From Takakia lepidozioides (Eukaryota > Plantae > Bryophyta), in NCBI GenBank assembly GCA_030704615.1, contig CM060731.1:62558001-62622000 (forward strand): a stretch of 64,000 bases of DNA, given 5' to 3'. The position numbers and the translations under genes are program-made. Under the pieces are notes generated by a model. The model ran no database searches. It saw only the letters and a list, made by a program, of their open reading frames with translations, and was not told the origin of the DNA. This document shows, in pieces, positions 23,500-36,200 of the stretch (position 1 is its first letter; each line of letters opens with the position of its first letter).

Positions 23500-26400
23500 T
23501 TGAAGGACTTGGGAGCACTGAAGGGTCAAGAGATCCGTATTGAGTTGGCCACTAACACGCCAATCTTTCGGAGACCCTATAGATACAGTGACATGGAGAG
23601 GTCTTTGATTCAGATGAGGACTCAAGATCTCTGGGAGGCAGGTTTGGTGGAGCTCTCTGGTGGAGAGTATGCTTCAGCCACAGTGATGCCAGCCAAGAAG
23701 GATGTCTATGGCAATTGGACGGAGAGACGTATGTGCGGTGATTACCGGCCTGTAAATCGTCAGACCAAGTCCGATAAGTATGCCATGCCAACACCAGAGG
23801 AGATCTTTGATGCCATCGGGCATGCTAAGGCCTTTAGCACTTTGGATTTACGATCCGGATATCACCAGTTGCCAATCAAGGAGGCGGACAAGCAGAAGAC
23901 GGCATTCTGGGGGATCAATGAGCACGGCAAGGATTGCCTATATCAATGGCGGTTCTTACCATTTGGGCTTAAGAATGCTCCTGCAGAGTTTCAGAGAGTC
24001 ATGGATAGGATTCTAGCAGGGGTGGACTTTGCTCGGTGCTACATAGATGACATCATCATCTTTAGTGTTACGATGGAGGAGCATAAGAGACACCTTCAGG
24101 TGGTATTGGAGCGCTTGATAGCGCACGGATTGAAGTTGCATCCGGGGAAGTGCAAGTTTTTCCACAACCAGATTGAGTATCTGGGTCACATGATATATCC
24201 TGGAGGATTGGGGGTACAGCAGACTAAGGTAGAGGCCATTGCACAAATTCCACGCCCCACGGATGTGAGCCGAGTTCGAGCTTTCATGGGGTTGGCAAAC
24301 TATTATAGACGGTTTGTCAAGGGATTTAGTACCATTGCAAAGGCTCTAACCAAGCTGACCAAGGTGGACCAGGAGTGGCAGTGGGAAGATGAGCAGGAAC
24401 GAGCTTTTCAAGAGCTCAAGGCGAGGTTGACCTCGGCGCCTATCTTGAGACGACCTATCAGGGGGCGTCCCTTTCAGCTGCATACGGATTGGAGCATGCT
24501 GGGGCTTGGAGCGGTGCTCACACAGGTGGATGATGAGGGAAGAGAGTTCGTAGTGGCTTACGCTAGCCGCTCGAACAACGCTGCAGAGGCTAAGTACAGC
24601 TCATATGAGGGAGAGTGCTTAGCTGCAGTGTGGGCCGTGGCACACTTCAGGTGCTATCTATACGGCAATCTTTTCACCCTTGTCACAGATCACCAGCCAC
24701 TCAAGTGGTTGATGGAGTCAGACAAGCTTACGGGGAAGCTTGCACGGTGGGCACTTATACTCCAGGAGTATGACTTTCAGGTTGTGCATCGACCGGGTTT
24801 GGTCAATCGGGATGCGGATGGATTGAGTCGCAATCCATGCATGAGCCAGCAGGATGACACTGGAGCTCGGTGGCATGGTGAGACGGACAAGGAGATGGTG
24901 CCGGGATGGCACGCATCTGCATTTTTGTGTATCTTGGCATCGGGAGGTCAGATTGGACCTACAACAGGGATGACTGTAGACGGAGTGTCTGAGGACCCTG
25001 AGGCTAGTGATGAGCTAGGTGGTGCCAGAGATATACATGAGGATTCGGCTGTGTTGGACTACCTCCGCACGGGAGACGCGGCAGCCATTGTGACTGCCAG
25101 GGAGAGGGATCGGATCCTGCAACGAGCCAAGAGGTTCAAGTGGGAGGGGATACACCTACTTCGAGTGTGGGAGGATGGTCGGGTGAGGATTGTGCCTCAC
25201 CCCACACAGCGTGCACGGTTAGTGCGGCATGCCCATGAGGAGTTGGGGCATTTTGGAGTGCGACGCACTCACAGTTTACTGCAGGGGCAGTATTGGTGGC
25301 GTGGTATGCATACAGAGGTGCAACAGTTTGTGGCTAGGTGCATGGTGTGTGACAGGGTGCGTGCTTCATTCAACGCCCCTGGTGGAGCACTTCTCCAAGT
25401 GGATTGAGTTGGTTTCATTGCCTGACAAGGCTAGTGAGGGGGCTGCGTATGCATTCTTGGATCGTGTGCTTAGCCAATTTGGTGCTCCAGCTGAGGTACT
25501 CACTGACCAAGGGAGAGAGTTCTTGGGGGAGTTTCAGGCTTTGTGTGATAAAGCCTTGATAGACCACCGCACCACTTCTCGGGATCATCCTGAGGCCGAT
25601 GGCTTGGCAGAGAGAGTTGTTCAGACGGTGAAGAGGGGTTTGCGCAAGTATGGCTTGCAGAAGGGACACCTAGGAGATTGGGATCTTCAGGTTCCTTGGC
25701 TAGCCATGGGCTACAGGTTCAGCAAACAAGCATCACTTGCCTCCTTCTCACCATATTTCCTTCTCTTTGGCCGAGAGCCGGATTTGCCTACAGCCATTCG
25801 TAGGGACACTGCTCAAGTCCTTAACCTTGACGATCCGGACGTGTGGGTATGTTAGAGGACTGTCGGGGACTTAGACACTTATACGGGATCTGTAGGGTAC
25901 CCTTAATTTTTGCACAGACTGAGACCAACAGGAGCCTTAGGGGTGACAGCAGCGCACTGTAGAGGGGGGTTACACAGCCCGTCACAGTCGTCACAGCCAA
26001 CACAGCCAACACGGCCAACACAGCCCGTCACAGCCAACACAGCCGTCACAGTCGTCACAGTCGTCACAGCAGACACAGCCGACACAGCCGACACAGCCAG
26101 TCACAGCCAACACAGCCGTCACAGCCCGTCACAGTCGTCACAGCCGACACAGCCGTTATAGCCCGGCACAGCCAGACAGCCAGTCACAGCCCGACACAGC
26201 CAAACACAGCCACACAGCCAGTCACAGCCCGACACAGCCAAACACAGTCGCACAGCCAGTCACAGCCCGTCACAGTTTCACACAGCCAGTCACAGCTTGA
26301 CACAGCTGTCACGATCGTAGGGAACGAAGAGTAGGACAGGGAACGACTGTGGGGAACAACACCTGCGAAGGGAACATGTTAATTCACAGACGACGGTTAG

Positions 26401-27317
26401 TGAGGGAAACGGTTAGAACTGCGGATAGGAAGATAAAGGGAGAAACGGGGGGATTGAGGGACATCATTCGGAGGAGGACTTCTTGGTGATAGAGGAGAAG
26501 GGATCGGGCAGAGATGAAGAACGGAAATGAAGATAGAGAGATGATGAGTAGATGCTTGATATAGGCAAGGCTGTAATGATATTGTAGAGTAGATTAGAGA
26601 CACAATGGCTTCGGCCTGATACCTGATAAATCATAATCGGATACTTTTACGATACAATCACACTATGTAGAGAGATCTGAGTGAAGTTGTGGAATGAATG
26701 GATGAGTTGATGAAATCCAATAGATTGATAAAGCAAACTGATACTTAATTATCAATGGTAAGATAGTTAACATGAATACCATAAGGGAAACAAATAGGAA
26801 ACACCCCCATGATACACTAGCTGTAGGTCATGACTGATTGTTCTGCGCGGGCTGAGTACTTAGAGATTTCCAACTCTTCTATCTTGGAGTTTCCGCGTCG
26901 GATAGCGAAGGGATGGGTGAGTAAAAGCCGCGCGACAGGGTACGTGCATGTGATCAGCGTGCAGAGTTGTTCAAGAAAGTCATGCCCATGGCTTTTGAGA
27001 ACCTTGCCATTGCATAGCATCGTGATACGTTGAGGTATGCCACTATACGTGGTGGAGGATATCGTCCTGGGGTTCGGAGGTTTAGCCCTGGTGACTATGT
27101 TTATTTGCAACAGACTGCTCCTACGACTCTGGATGTTACTGCAGGGCGTGTTATTCTGAGGGTTCGAGAGGTGTTGCCCTCAGGGGTCCTGATCTTAGAG
27201 GGTCGGGATGGCATGACTTGGAAAGACCATTGCGTAATTGTGCGCCATGTCACCTTCCCCAATGTCGATGGCAGAGTTGACCCAAAACTTGGCAGTGGGT
27301 TGGGTTTGCAGGTTTGA
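23500..27317 (+). CDS. pol: RT, RNase H and DDE integrase of element B (integrase with a small deletion and a solo-LTR insertion)
   Basis: RMCGDYRPVN, LDLRSGYHQ, YIDD, LHTDWS, YEGECLAAVWA, HEELGHFG..CMVC and VLTDQGREF..DGLAERVVQTVK. Resumes after 26942 (FSPGDYVYL). Confidence 0.93.
25850..26937 (+). mobile_element. Solo LTR of family A inserted in the integrase of element B
   Basis: TGTTAGAG...CGCGACA with 5-bp TSD GGGTA (25845-25849, 26938-26942). Reverse-complement match to 29279-30252; internal CACAGCC array ~25972-26310. Confidence 0.95.
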
Positions 27318-27319
27318 GG

Positions 27320-27454
27320 TGCATGCTTTGTGGGTCTGCCAAAGGGGCAGCCACCATGCTGGTGTGTGATCGGTGCTCAAGGGGTTGGCATATGGGATGC
27401 TTGACACCACCTCTTGAGAAGGTTCCTAACGGAGATTGGTTGTGTCCACACTAC
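27320..27454 (+). CDS. PHD finger at the end of pol of element B (not in the ORF track)
   Basis: Manual translation CMLCGSAKGAATMLVCDRCSRGWHMGCLTPPLEKVPNGDWLCPHY gives C4HC3 spacing, with the last Cys replaced by Tyr. Confidence 0.9.
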
Positions 27455-27712
27455 TTGGGATAGTGGCAGTGGACATGACTGGAGGCAGCTAACAAGACAT
27501 GGGAGGCCAAGCTCATAGGAGTCAATACATGAGATCCCCAAGCTCAGTTCACAGGTTGCAAGACGGCGACTAACGATGGGGCAACTCTTGCACCCGGCCT
27601 CTTGATCTATCGAGTTTGAGTGTAGTAGGGATAGTGGTGGAGGACTTAGTGAGGCTATGGTCACTATCACATCTTGTGGCTACCTGGACTTAGAGGGACC
27701 TAAGCACCAGCT

Positions 27713-27722
27713 AGGGGGGCGA
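27713..27722 (+). promoter_or_regulatory. Polypurine tract of element B
   Basis: AGGGGGGCGA immediately precedes repeat B1 (TTGTGTGG...). Confidence 0.65.
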
Positions 27723-28427
27723 TTGTGTGGACTAGTGACTGCCATAGTGGGCAGCGTAGTAGTAGCCTAGTGACTGACTAGTTGTAGCCTAGTGGTTGGA
27801 CTAGTGGCTGGACTAGTGGTAGACTAGTGGTATACTAGTGTGTGGTGTGCACATGTTTGTGTGGTTTTAGACAGCGATGTAGTTGTGTAGCGATATGTAT
27901 GCGCACGACAGCTGTCAAGTTTTTTACCACTAGTGTGAAACTAGCTAGGAAATAGCTAGCTTTTACATATTGACATTTGGGATTGGCCCAAGTGTCAATC
28001 CAGGGGTCAAGGCAGATTTAGGCCCTGGAGTGGTTATCTTCACGGCAAGCGCGGGAGGCTCATCTTTCTCGAGTTGAGCCTCACCGCGCCTAGCTATGGC
28101 GCCGTAGTGTGGATTCCCCATGGCGTGGGGTGCACTTGGCTTGACTTGTATTTGAGTGATGAGGTTATATATGCCTGAGTTTATGCTTCAGCTTTGTGAG
28201 CTCGCATGAGCTTGTGCTTTTATTCTTCTTCTTTATCATTGTGTGGACTAGTGACTGCCATAGTGGGCAGCGTAGTGGCAGCCTAGTGACTGACTAGTTG
28301 TAGCCTAGTGGTTGGACTAGTGGCTGGACTAGTGGTAGACTAGTGGTATACTAGTGTGTGGTGTGCACATGTGTTGTGTGGTTTTGGACAGCGATGTAAT
28401 TGTGTAGCGATATGTATGCGCACGACA
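27723..28427 (+). repeat. Split direct repeats B1 (27723-27910) - GC - A2 (27913-28238) - B2 (28239-28427)
   Basis: B1 and B2 are near-identical (TTGTGTGGACTAGTG...GCGCACGACA). A2 is near-identical to 15415-15741. Confidence 0.95.
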
Positions 28428-29258
28428 CGTGATTGATCTTCTTCCTGTACCAATTCCCTTAATCTTTCTTGCAAAGAAACAGAAGGAGTGGCATCCAACT
28501 CTAGTTCTTCCGATATAGATGATGTACTCTTTGATCTTAATGGTGTGAGAGGTCCAGATGATTCCCCTATGTCTATTCCTCTCTCCCAAAGATATGGATA
28601 ATTAGCTTTCAGATAGCTTTCTCTTTTTGCTGAATATCTCTGTCGTCTAGCTTCTCTTTCATCACTTATGTCCCATGTCTTTCATTTCTTTTAATGTGGC
28701 AATAACCAAAACTCTCTTCTGTAATATCTCTCGTATATGCCTGGGTTTCTTTCAAGCTTCAATGCACCATTGGTTATACTTGAAGTCTCCGTTACCATAT
28801 AACCATATGGCAAACAAGTCTGAAAAGCTGTTCTTGGTGTGAGTTTGATCCACAAAATATCCTTTGGAATCCAATTCTTTACCAGTACAAGCTCTTCATG
28901 CATATGAGTATAAACATTCACCTTTCTTTCTTCCCAGCCTTCAAATTCTACTCGCTTAATGGATAGCAATGCTATCACATAAACCAATGTTGGTAACCAA
29001 CGTGCTCTTCCTCTACAGGCTACCTGATAAATCTTTATCACTCCTTTCTCCAGACCCCATTCCGGATCAGCATCATGCACTCGCTTAAGAATATTTTCTT
29101 TACAACCGTCTGGCAATTCCAAGAACCTTTGAAAGAATTGTTTGGACAATCTTTCTTCCTTCGTTCCACAGGGAATTTGATTCACCTCAAATTCTTTAAT
29201 GGTCCAACCACCATGATCCCACCAGATGCCTGTCACATCTGGTTGTTCATGTCTCAGG

Positions 29259-29276
29259 TCCCCAGTATGGTCGCCA
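29259..29276 (-). promoter_or_regulatory. Primer binding site of family A (probably tRNA-Arg)
   Basis: TGGCGACCATACTGGGGA lies two nt after the LTR-terminal CA on the minus strand. The tRNA identity is from memory of plant tRNA-Arg 3' ends and is unverified. Confidence 0.75.
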
Positions 29277-29278
29277 AA

Positions 29279-30252
29279 TGTCGCGCGGCTTTTACTCACC
29301 TCCCTTTTCGCTATTCGAGGCGGAAACTCCAAGATTGAAGAGTTGGAAATCTCTAAGTACTCAGCCCGCGCAGAACAATCAGTCATGACCTACAGCTAGT
29401 GTATCATGGGGGTGTTTCCTATTTGTTTCCCTTTTGGTATTCATGTTAGCTATCTTACCATTGATAATTAAGTATCAGTTTGCTTTATCAATCTATTGGA
29501 TTCCATCAACTCATCCATTCATTCCACAGCTTCACTCAGATCTCTCTACACAGTGTGATTGTATCGTAAAAGTATCCGATTATGATTTATCAGGTATCAG
29601 GCCGAAGCCATTGTGTCTCTAATCTACTCTACAATATCATTACAGCCTTGCATATATCAAGCATCTACTCATCATCTCTCTATCTTCACTTCCGTTCTTC
29701 ATCTCTGCCCGATCCCCTCTCCTCCATGACCAAGAAGTCCTCCTCCGAATGATATCCCTCCATTCCCCGTTTCTCCCTTTATCTTCCTATCCGTGGTTCT
29801 AACCGTTTCCCTCACTAACCGTCGTCTGTGAATTAACATGTTCCCTTCGCAGGTGTTGTTCCCCACAGTCGTTCCCTGTCCTACTCTTCGTTCCCTATGA
29901 TCGTGACAGCTGTGTCAAGCTGTGACTGGCTGTGTGAAACTGTGACGGGCTGTGACTGGCTGTGCGACTGTGTTTGGCTGTTCGGCTGTGACGACTGTGA
30001 CGGGGCTGTGACGGGCTGTGTTGGCTGTGACGACTGTGTCTGCTGTGACGACTGTGACGGGCTGTGTTGGCTGTGTCGGCTGTGTCGGCTGTGACTGCTG
30101 TGACGACTGTGACGGTTGTGACGGGCTGTGTAACCCCCTCTACAGTGCGCTGCTGTCACCCCTAAGGCTCCTGTTGGTCTCAGTCTGTGCAAAAATTAAG
30201 GGTACCCTACAGATCCCGTATAAGTGTCTAAGTCCCCGACAGTCCTCTAACA
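29279..30252 (-). repeat. 5' LTR of family A
   Basis: TG...CA ends, matches the solo LTR at 25850-26937, is followed by the PBS, and has a shorter CACAGCC array (~29900-30130). Confidence 0.95.
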
Positions 30253-30692
30253 CCCCTCTTCCCATCGACGGCCCAATCCCCCGAGACGTGGCCGTTCCCT
30301 TGACGTGCCTTGATCCCCCTTCCGGACCGATAGTGATCCCCCAACCCTAATCGCCCGCCACGTGTTGTGTCTCCCCACCCTCGACCCCCCCCCCCCCCCC
30401 GGCGTCAACGGCGGAACAGGGGATCGTCCCCCATGGCGGTCCCCTCTCCGTTGATCCCCCACACCACCTGGCGTGATCCTCCATCCTTCCGCTGCCCCAC
30501 CCCCCCACCCCACCCCCATCCGCGATCCCTCTTCCACGTGTCAAGTGTTAGGGCTGTTTGCACATGGCTATCATTCTGTTCGTCTGTGTCATCCTCACCC
30601 ATCCAACGGCCATGCACGTCCCCCGCCATTTTTGGTATGCAAGATGAACGGAGTGGATGTATTGAAATTAGGGTTTCCAGCTGCTCGCAGAT

Positions 30693-32932
30693 TTGATCCT
30701 CTTTGCGTGCGTGTATGCTGCACTTGCGCGTGTAGTTTGCTGCTGTGTACTGTTTCTGCAGGACGCGTGTGATCTGCTGCTGTGTACTGTTCCTACAGGG
30801 GTGTCGGGCATCATGACTGGATCTTCGGAGTTGCGCACATCATTCCTTCTATCACAGCAGCGTGGCACGTTGCAAATCCCCCCGGATGGTTCCTTCAACC
30901 ATAGGTCGCTTATATGGACTCCAACTATTTCAAGTGGAGATGGACATCGTGTGAATACGGATGTTGCGGTCATTCCTTGGACCAAGATCGACGATTTTGT
31001 GAGAGGGGAGGAAGAAAGAGCAGAGGCGCCCCCTCACTTCAACAGAACGGTGCCTAAAAAAGGAAAGCATGAGGAGGGCGAGCTCTTAGCTCCAAGGGCC
31101 AATAGTTGCTCTCTTGTGATAAAGTCCGCCTTCACCTTTGTGGTTTCTAGATGGTCTGTGTGTGTTCTTTGTAATGGCATGCTGCTTGTTTGCATTGTTT
31201 GCTTTTCTATTTTGTCAAAATGCTATGCTCTCTTGCTCCGAGTATTCCACTCCGCCGACGTAGTTCTCATCATTGTTCAGGTTCCATTGTTCTTATGGAC
31301 CTGAGGACAAGCGCACAAATGTAGTACATGTCAATAAACATTCTTTGAAGAGAAGGAACGGCAGGAGAGGGTGTGTGCTTAATGCATCATCGCCTTCTTA
31401 CAATAACCACAAAGGGGCGAGACGGAAGAAAGTCGTTCAGGGAGAGTCCATCAAGAGGGGTTGCCTCTGTCAGTTTAGGATTGGACGATGCTACCTGGAT
31501 CCTTCTCTTGCTGTCATAACATACTACAACAAAAACCATGTTGATGGATGTGACAAGGTCTGCCATGGCCATATTGACCCAACTTCAAGTAACACCCGTT
31601 TCGCGTACGCACCTCATCTTAGTGAAGAGGTTAAGATGTGGATAACGGATAGCATACGTGCTGGGTTGTCGCCTACTGAAATCATGGCCCAACATGAACA
31701 ACGGGTATTTGACAGCAAGGTCAATGGAGAGAAGTGGTGTCGTGATGATGTTGTGCTTGAGCATGACATTAGAAACATCATGGACAAGCTTGCATGTGAG
31801 ACTTTCAAGCGACATAAGGACGAGGGGACCAGTCTGAAGATGTGGAAGGAGGCCCCCCAGCCCCAAGTGTTTTCTTCTATCAAGAGGACATGCCGATGCC
31901 CTCTGGAGGAACACGGCGCGGCAATGTCGACCTCAAATTGCCATTGCATTCAAACATAATTTCAGAAAAAAACAATGCTCGAAATGGGTGACAAACGAAC
32001 GTCTCTTGTGATGCGACCTTCGGAACCAATGAACACAAGGTGTGTGGAATCGACGGCGTGGACTCCTAGGAGCATGAGAGCATAGCATCTTTCACTGTGA
32101 AGGGGATCAGTGGGGAGCCGGGGATCAGTGGAGAGCATGGGCACAGGGGGGAGCATAGCCTTATCCGATGTGTAGGGGATAACGACATTGGCTCATCACC
32201 ATGGACCTATTAATCCCCCTATCGGATTCGACACCACGGCTGCCTCAGCCCATTAGGGGACCAGACACATGGACCAAACTCCATTATGTATACTGCTCTG
32301 TATATGTTGGGACCATTTTGGGACCATGACGTGTACTTGTGTGATTCGTAGCGAGGGGTGCGCCGGAAGGAGGGAAGACAACTTAGCAAATGCATGCCTT
32401 GGGGGGTTATAGAGAGGAATGATGGAGGGATGGTCTCTTTCCAGGGGATCATGGCATAGCTCACATGGGGGATCACATAATACTAAAATGAGAACAGAAG
32501 GGGTTACAGGGTTCGGGGTTCACCTACTGTGATTTCTTGTCATTAATTTCAGTAAAATATTTCGCCTATTTTCAAAATAAAAGTACTTACATTGCACATT
32601 TTCGTCTTTGTGTGCAGTATGCCATGTATACCCTTATGGTCTTCGACATTTGGCTGAACGGCATCCCTGTTGCATACATAATATCTTCAAGAAACAATGC
32701 CAACGATTTGTCAAATTGGATGTTGGCTCTTCGTCAAAAGCTCCAGGCCGATCAGCCGGATTGGCGTCCCAACGCATGCATTGTGGACGATGCCGATGCT
32801 AAGATTAACACCATTCGGTTTGTTCGCAATCCCTCCCCCCTACCAATGAACTTCCATTGCCTTGCCTGCTTCTGCATGAGGAGCACTGAGAGGGGACCAG
32901 TCACAATGTTTCCTTGTGGGGGATCCGTGTAG
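30693..32932 (+). pseudogene. Truncated, intron-containing MULE/Mutator-type transposase (third, unrelated family)
   Basis: WRKY/GCM-like finger FHCSYGPED..SIKRGCLCQF..HVD..CHG and MULE core YTLMVFD..GIPVAYII..PNACIVDDADA. Frameshifts present; the C-terminus is missing. Confidence 0.8.
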
Positions 32933-33270
32933 AGGGGACCAAGAGTGTAGGGTTGCATGGGGGATCAGTGATCAGGGGACCAGGAGACTCAGGGTACTAG
33001 GGGATCAGGAGCAGCAGATCTTAGATCCGACAATGATCGAGGGTCCAGGATTCCAAGGTTGCATGGGGGGATCAGTGAAAGGGGATCAATTATGGGATCA
33101 GTGATCAGGGAGGACACTCAGGGTAGCAGGGGATCAGGAGCAGCAGATCTTAGATCCGACAATGTGATTTTTATCGGCCTTTGACTGGCCATAGGAGGGC
33201 TCATGTATTCCCCTTTCATTGCCTTCACCGGATCTGTATGAGGGGTTCAGTCAAAGGGGATCAGGGGATC
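32920..33270 (+). repeat. GGGGATC(A)-rich motif cluster with a ~55-bp direct repeat
   Basis: Repeated GGGGATCAG; CAGCAGATCTTAGATCCGACAATG occurs twice. The same motif is at ~32100-32130 and, inverted (GATCCCC), at ~30270-30530. Confidence 0.7.
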
Positions 33271-36200
33271 ATGAGCAGGGGAGCACTAATGAGAGAATCA
33301 TACTTGTATCTGATTTGTGGTGCTCTTGTGGTATTGTAGTGGCCTTGCTAATGCGGTTGAGCCCGAGCCATGTCACTGGTTGGTGGAGATGACTGTCCAC
33401 CAAATGGAAATAACTGCCCTTCTTTTGGCTGATAAGGAGGTAACTTCTCAGGCATAGGAGATCCCCGTCATTTCTTCTCTGCCATTTGTATTGCATAATC
33501 CTCAGCCATGTCAAAAGGTTCCTCCATAGAACCAGTAGTATCAGAATCATCTTCCCCCCGGTGGCCTTTCGGTGCCCTTAAGTGGCTTCTCAGGAATCCT
33601 ACGTGGCATATAGTGTTTGCCCACCATGTTTGGAAGCTTAAACTTTAAAACTTGTATCAATCTCTTGCGGGCAAAATTAGTGTACGCCCGCAGCTCCTCG
33701 TCTGTATAGCTAAGTGGTGTGCCAATGACGTTGAAGAAATGTAACCACTTTCTGGCTTCATGCCCCTTAGAAAAAATGTGGTCAAGACCCAAGTTTTCCT
33801 TGGCCAAATTCTCCAGAGCAAAAGTTAACCAAGAACGAAGTTAGGGATCCTTCTAAAGCATGATATTTACATCATACAGATATGTATGTGATGGAACTGA
33901 AGGTAACACCCAATGATCCCCATTGGAATAAGTCTGAAATCTTATCTGCATCTTTTGCTGCTCAATGTGATAGCGTGAAATAAAGCAAGCAGCATAATAC
34001 AGTCCATAACCCATGACCAAACTAGGTACCTCCTTGGTCTTGGTGTAGATGTGTCCATGAACAATCTGGAAGGCAATTAATTCCTTCAGCATGGTACCTG
34101 CCTCAGACCAGTATTGTGCAAAATGGTGATCTTCAATGGGTCTGTCATTTGGAAGAACTTTAGTCCGAGTTGCCACTGGCAACCAAATGCGCATAATCTG
34201 GTAATAGTGTGCCAAAGACTCTGGAGGACTGAATTCTTTCCAAGCCAAATCCATAACAATGGGAATTTGGTTGAAGGGCATAATCATATCCCGATTGTAT
34301 TCAAGTGCAGCAGGAGTAGTAGGTGGGTTAAAAGAAGCATCATCCCAAACCTCAGACAGTGATTGCTGCAGTTCCAAGATATCAACACTGTTGACCTGGC
34401 ATGGTTGTTGTAATTCAGTTGCCACAGTCCCTCCTGATGTTGGCAAGTCTTGCACTTCCTGTGCTGAAGATTGGAAAATTAAAGTCTTGGCGTGCAGATA
34501 AGTAGCCATGAGCTGTTCCTCAGGAACAAATGCCATTTTATCAATGTTGGAGCTCAAGTCATCCACTTGAGTCTGCAGCCCTTCCACATCCTCTTGCAAC
34601 TCAGCTATCCGACTATAGACATTGTCTATAGTGGTTGTGGCAATGTTCTACACCCGTAGCCTGAGATTATTCATCTCATCTCGGGTGAGCTTTCTTGGTG
34701 CCTTCCCTGCCACTGGCCCTTGTGTTAACCACTCTTGCAAAAGATGATTATCCACCAAGTCTTGTGTAGTACCACGGAGGACCTGCTCCTCCTTGAGTCT
34801 ATATATTTCCAACTGTTGTTGTAAACTCTCCATGCGCTTCGCATGAGGTTCAACCAGAGCTGCATAGGCAGCGGACAGATTATTGGCTTCTTTCCAGGCC
34901 TTGTCAGTCACAGAAAGCTTATTCTCCCGTACTGTGATTGTTTGCTGCAATTCAAGGATGTACCTGTCCTTCTGGGCATCGACCTAATGGTACTGCTGAA
35001 AGATATCCTCATTGCGACAGATAGTAGCCTTCATGTCAACAATGAGTTTCGCCTGCTCCACTGACTCTGTCTCCAACATTAAGCATCTCTCAGCTTGGTT
35101 CTTAACTTCTAGTGCAGTCAACTCCAGATTAGTCGTTAGTGTGGCACACTGTATGGTCATTCTCTGATGGACTGCTTCCAACTCTGTATGAAGCAACTGC
35201 ACTTCCTGCAGCTTGCCCTCATGCGTAGCGTGCAACTGGTATAGTTGTTGCTTCAACTCTTTCTGCAACTTGAGGTTGGCCTCCACATCCACCTTATTTG
35301 CACACTCAGTGGCAATTCTTGCCTCAAACTCTTGCTTGAGCTCCTCCCTCAATGCTGCCAATTGTGTGGAAGGAACATGGGTCTTGACATAGGTGCCCAA
35401 CAAATTAAGTGTCTTGCTTATGGAACTCATAAGCATGGCCTGTTGTGGGTCTTCATGGAGAACTTGCTGCTATTCTTCCTGATCCTTCATAGTTTGATGT
35501 TTCACAAATCAGTCAGGTCATGATCCCACATGATCTTCTTCCTAAGCAACCTCATCCTCCACAGGTGCTGCAGTTCCCTTGCCTTTGACCCCTTTAACCT
35601 CCACCACAGGTTCGGGCATAACCTGCACAGCAGGGATTTCCTTGGGCATACCCTTCATCTTTGGTACCATGGGTTCTCCGACCATGCCAGAGTTTTCATA
35701 GAGAAGGTCGCACTTCTTAATTTCTGCCACTACTTGCTCTGTAGTAGGGATGTCCAACCCCTCTCCCTCCACAGTAAGAGGCTCCGGTGTAACAGCATGT
35801 CCAATTTGAGTTACCCCTGGGGCAACCGGGTCAGCTGGCTGTGGTGGCTGTGGTACTGAGGTGACTTCTTCCTCCCTCTCTAAAGGCTGTGCTTCCAGTA
35901 ATAACAGCCCTTTGTGCTGTTGCTCCTCATCCTACACATAAGCTATGGAAACATCATCATGTGGATTCTTTATGGCCAATGGATCCGCCACTACAGTTGC
36001 ATCCCTCTTCTGTCTCTTAGACTAGTGCTGCCCCTCCAATCCCCCTTCACCTTGTGAAGAGCCTTGCTCCTCAACTGCAGTGGCTGCCTCAAACACCCCC
36101 ATTACTTTGCGTTCTCGCGCATCAAGCAAGCAAGAATCAAAGATAATCTGCCAGACACAAAGATCGGGGACTTGGCAGTACTATTTTGTAACCGTTTCAT

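Larger units (their letters stand above)
15415..28427 (+). mobile_element. Gypsy-like retroelement family B with C5-DNA methyltransferase, PHD finger and split direct repeats
   Basis: Termini TGTCAAG...ACGACA are flanked by 4-bp TSD CGTG (15411-15414, 28428-28431). Removing the element and one TSD restores the family A gag frame (..QEEDQSRGERSEVHPWIKDLTEIF..). Confidence 0.93.
6560..30252 (-). mobile_element. Ty3/Gypsy LTR retrotransposon family A (non-chromovirus type), 3'-truncated and interrupted by element B
   Basis: 5' LTR 29279-30252, PBS, gag-PR-RT-RH-INT domain order and a downstream extra ORF. No 3' LTR found; similarity to the second copy ends near 6600. Confidence 0.9.

Noticed and set aside
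15415-28427. Classifying element B as a DIRS/PAT/Ngaro tyrosine-recombinase element because of its split repeats and MTase
   Set aside because: No tyrosine recombinase motifs were seen. It has a protease, an HHCC/DDE integrase, TG...CA ends and a TSD, and its MTase is C5-type rather than the adenine type found in DIRS1.
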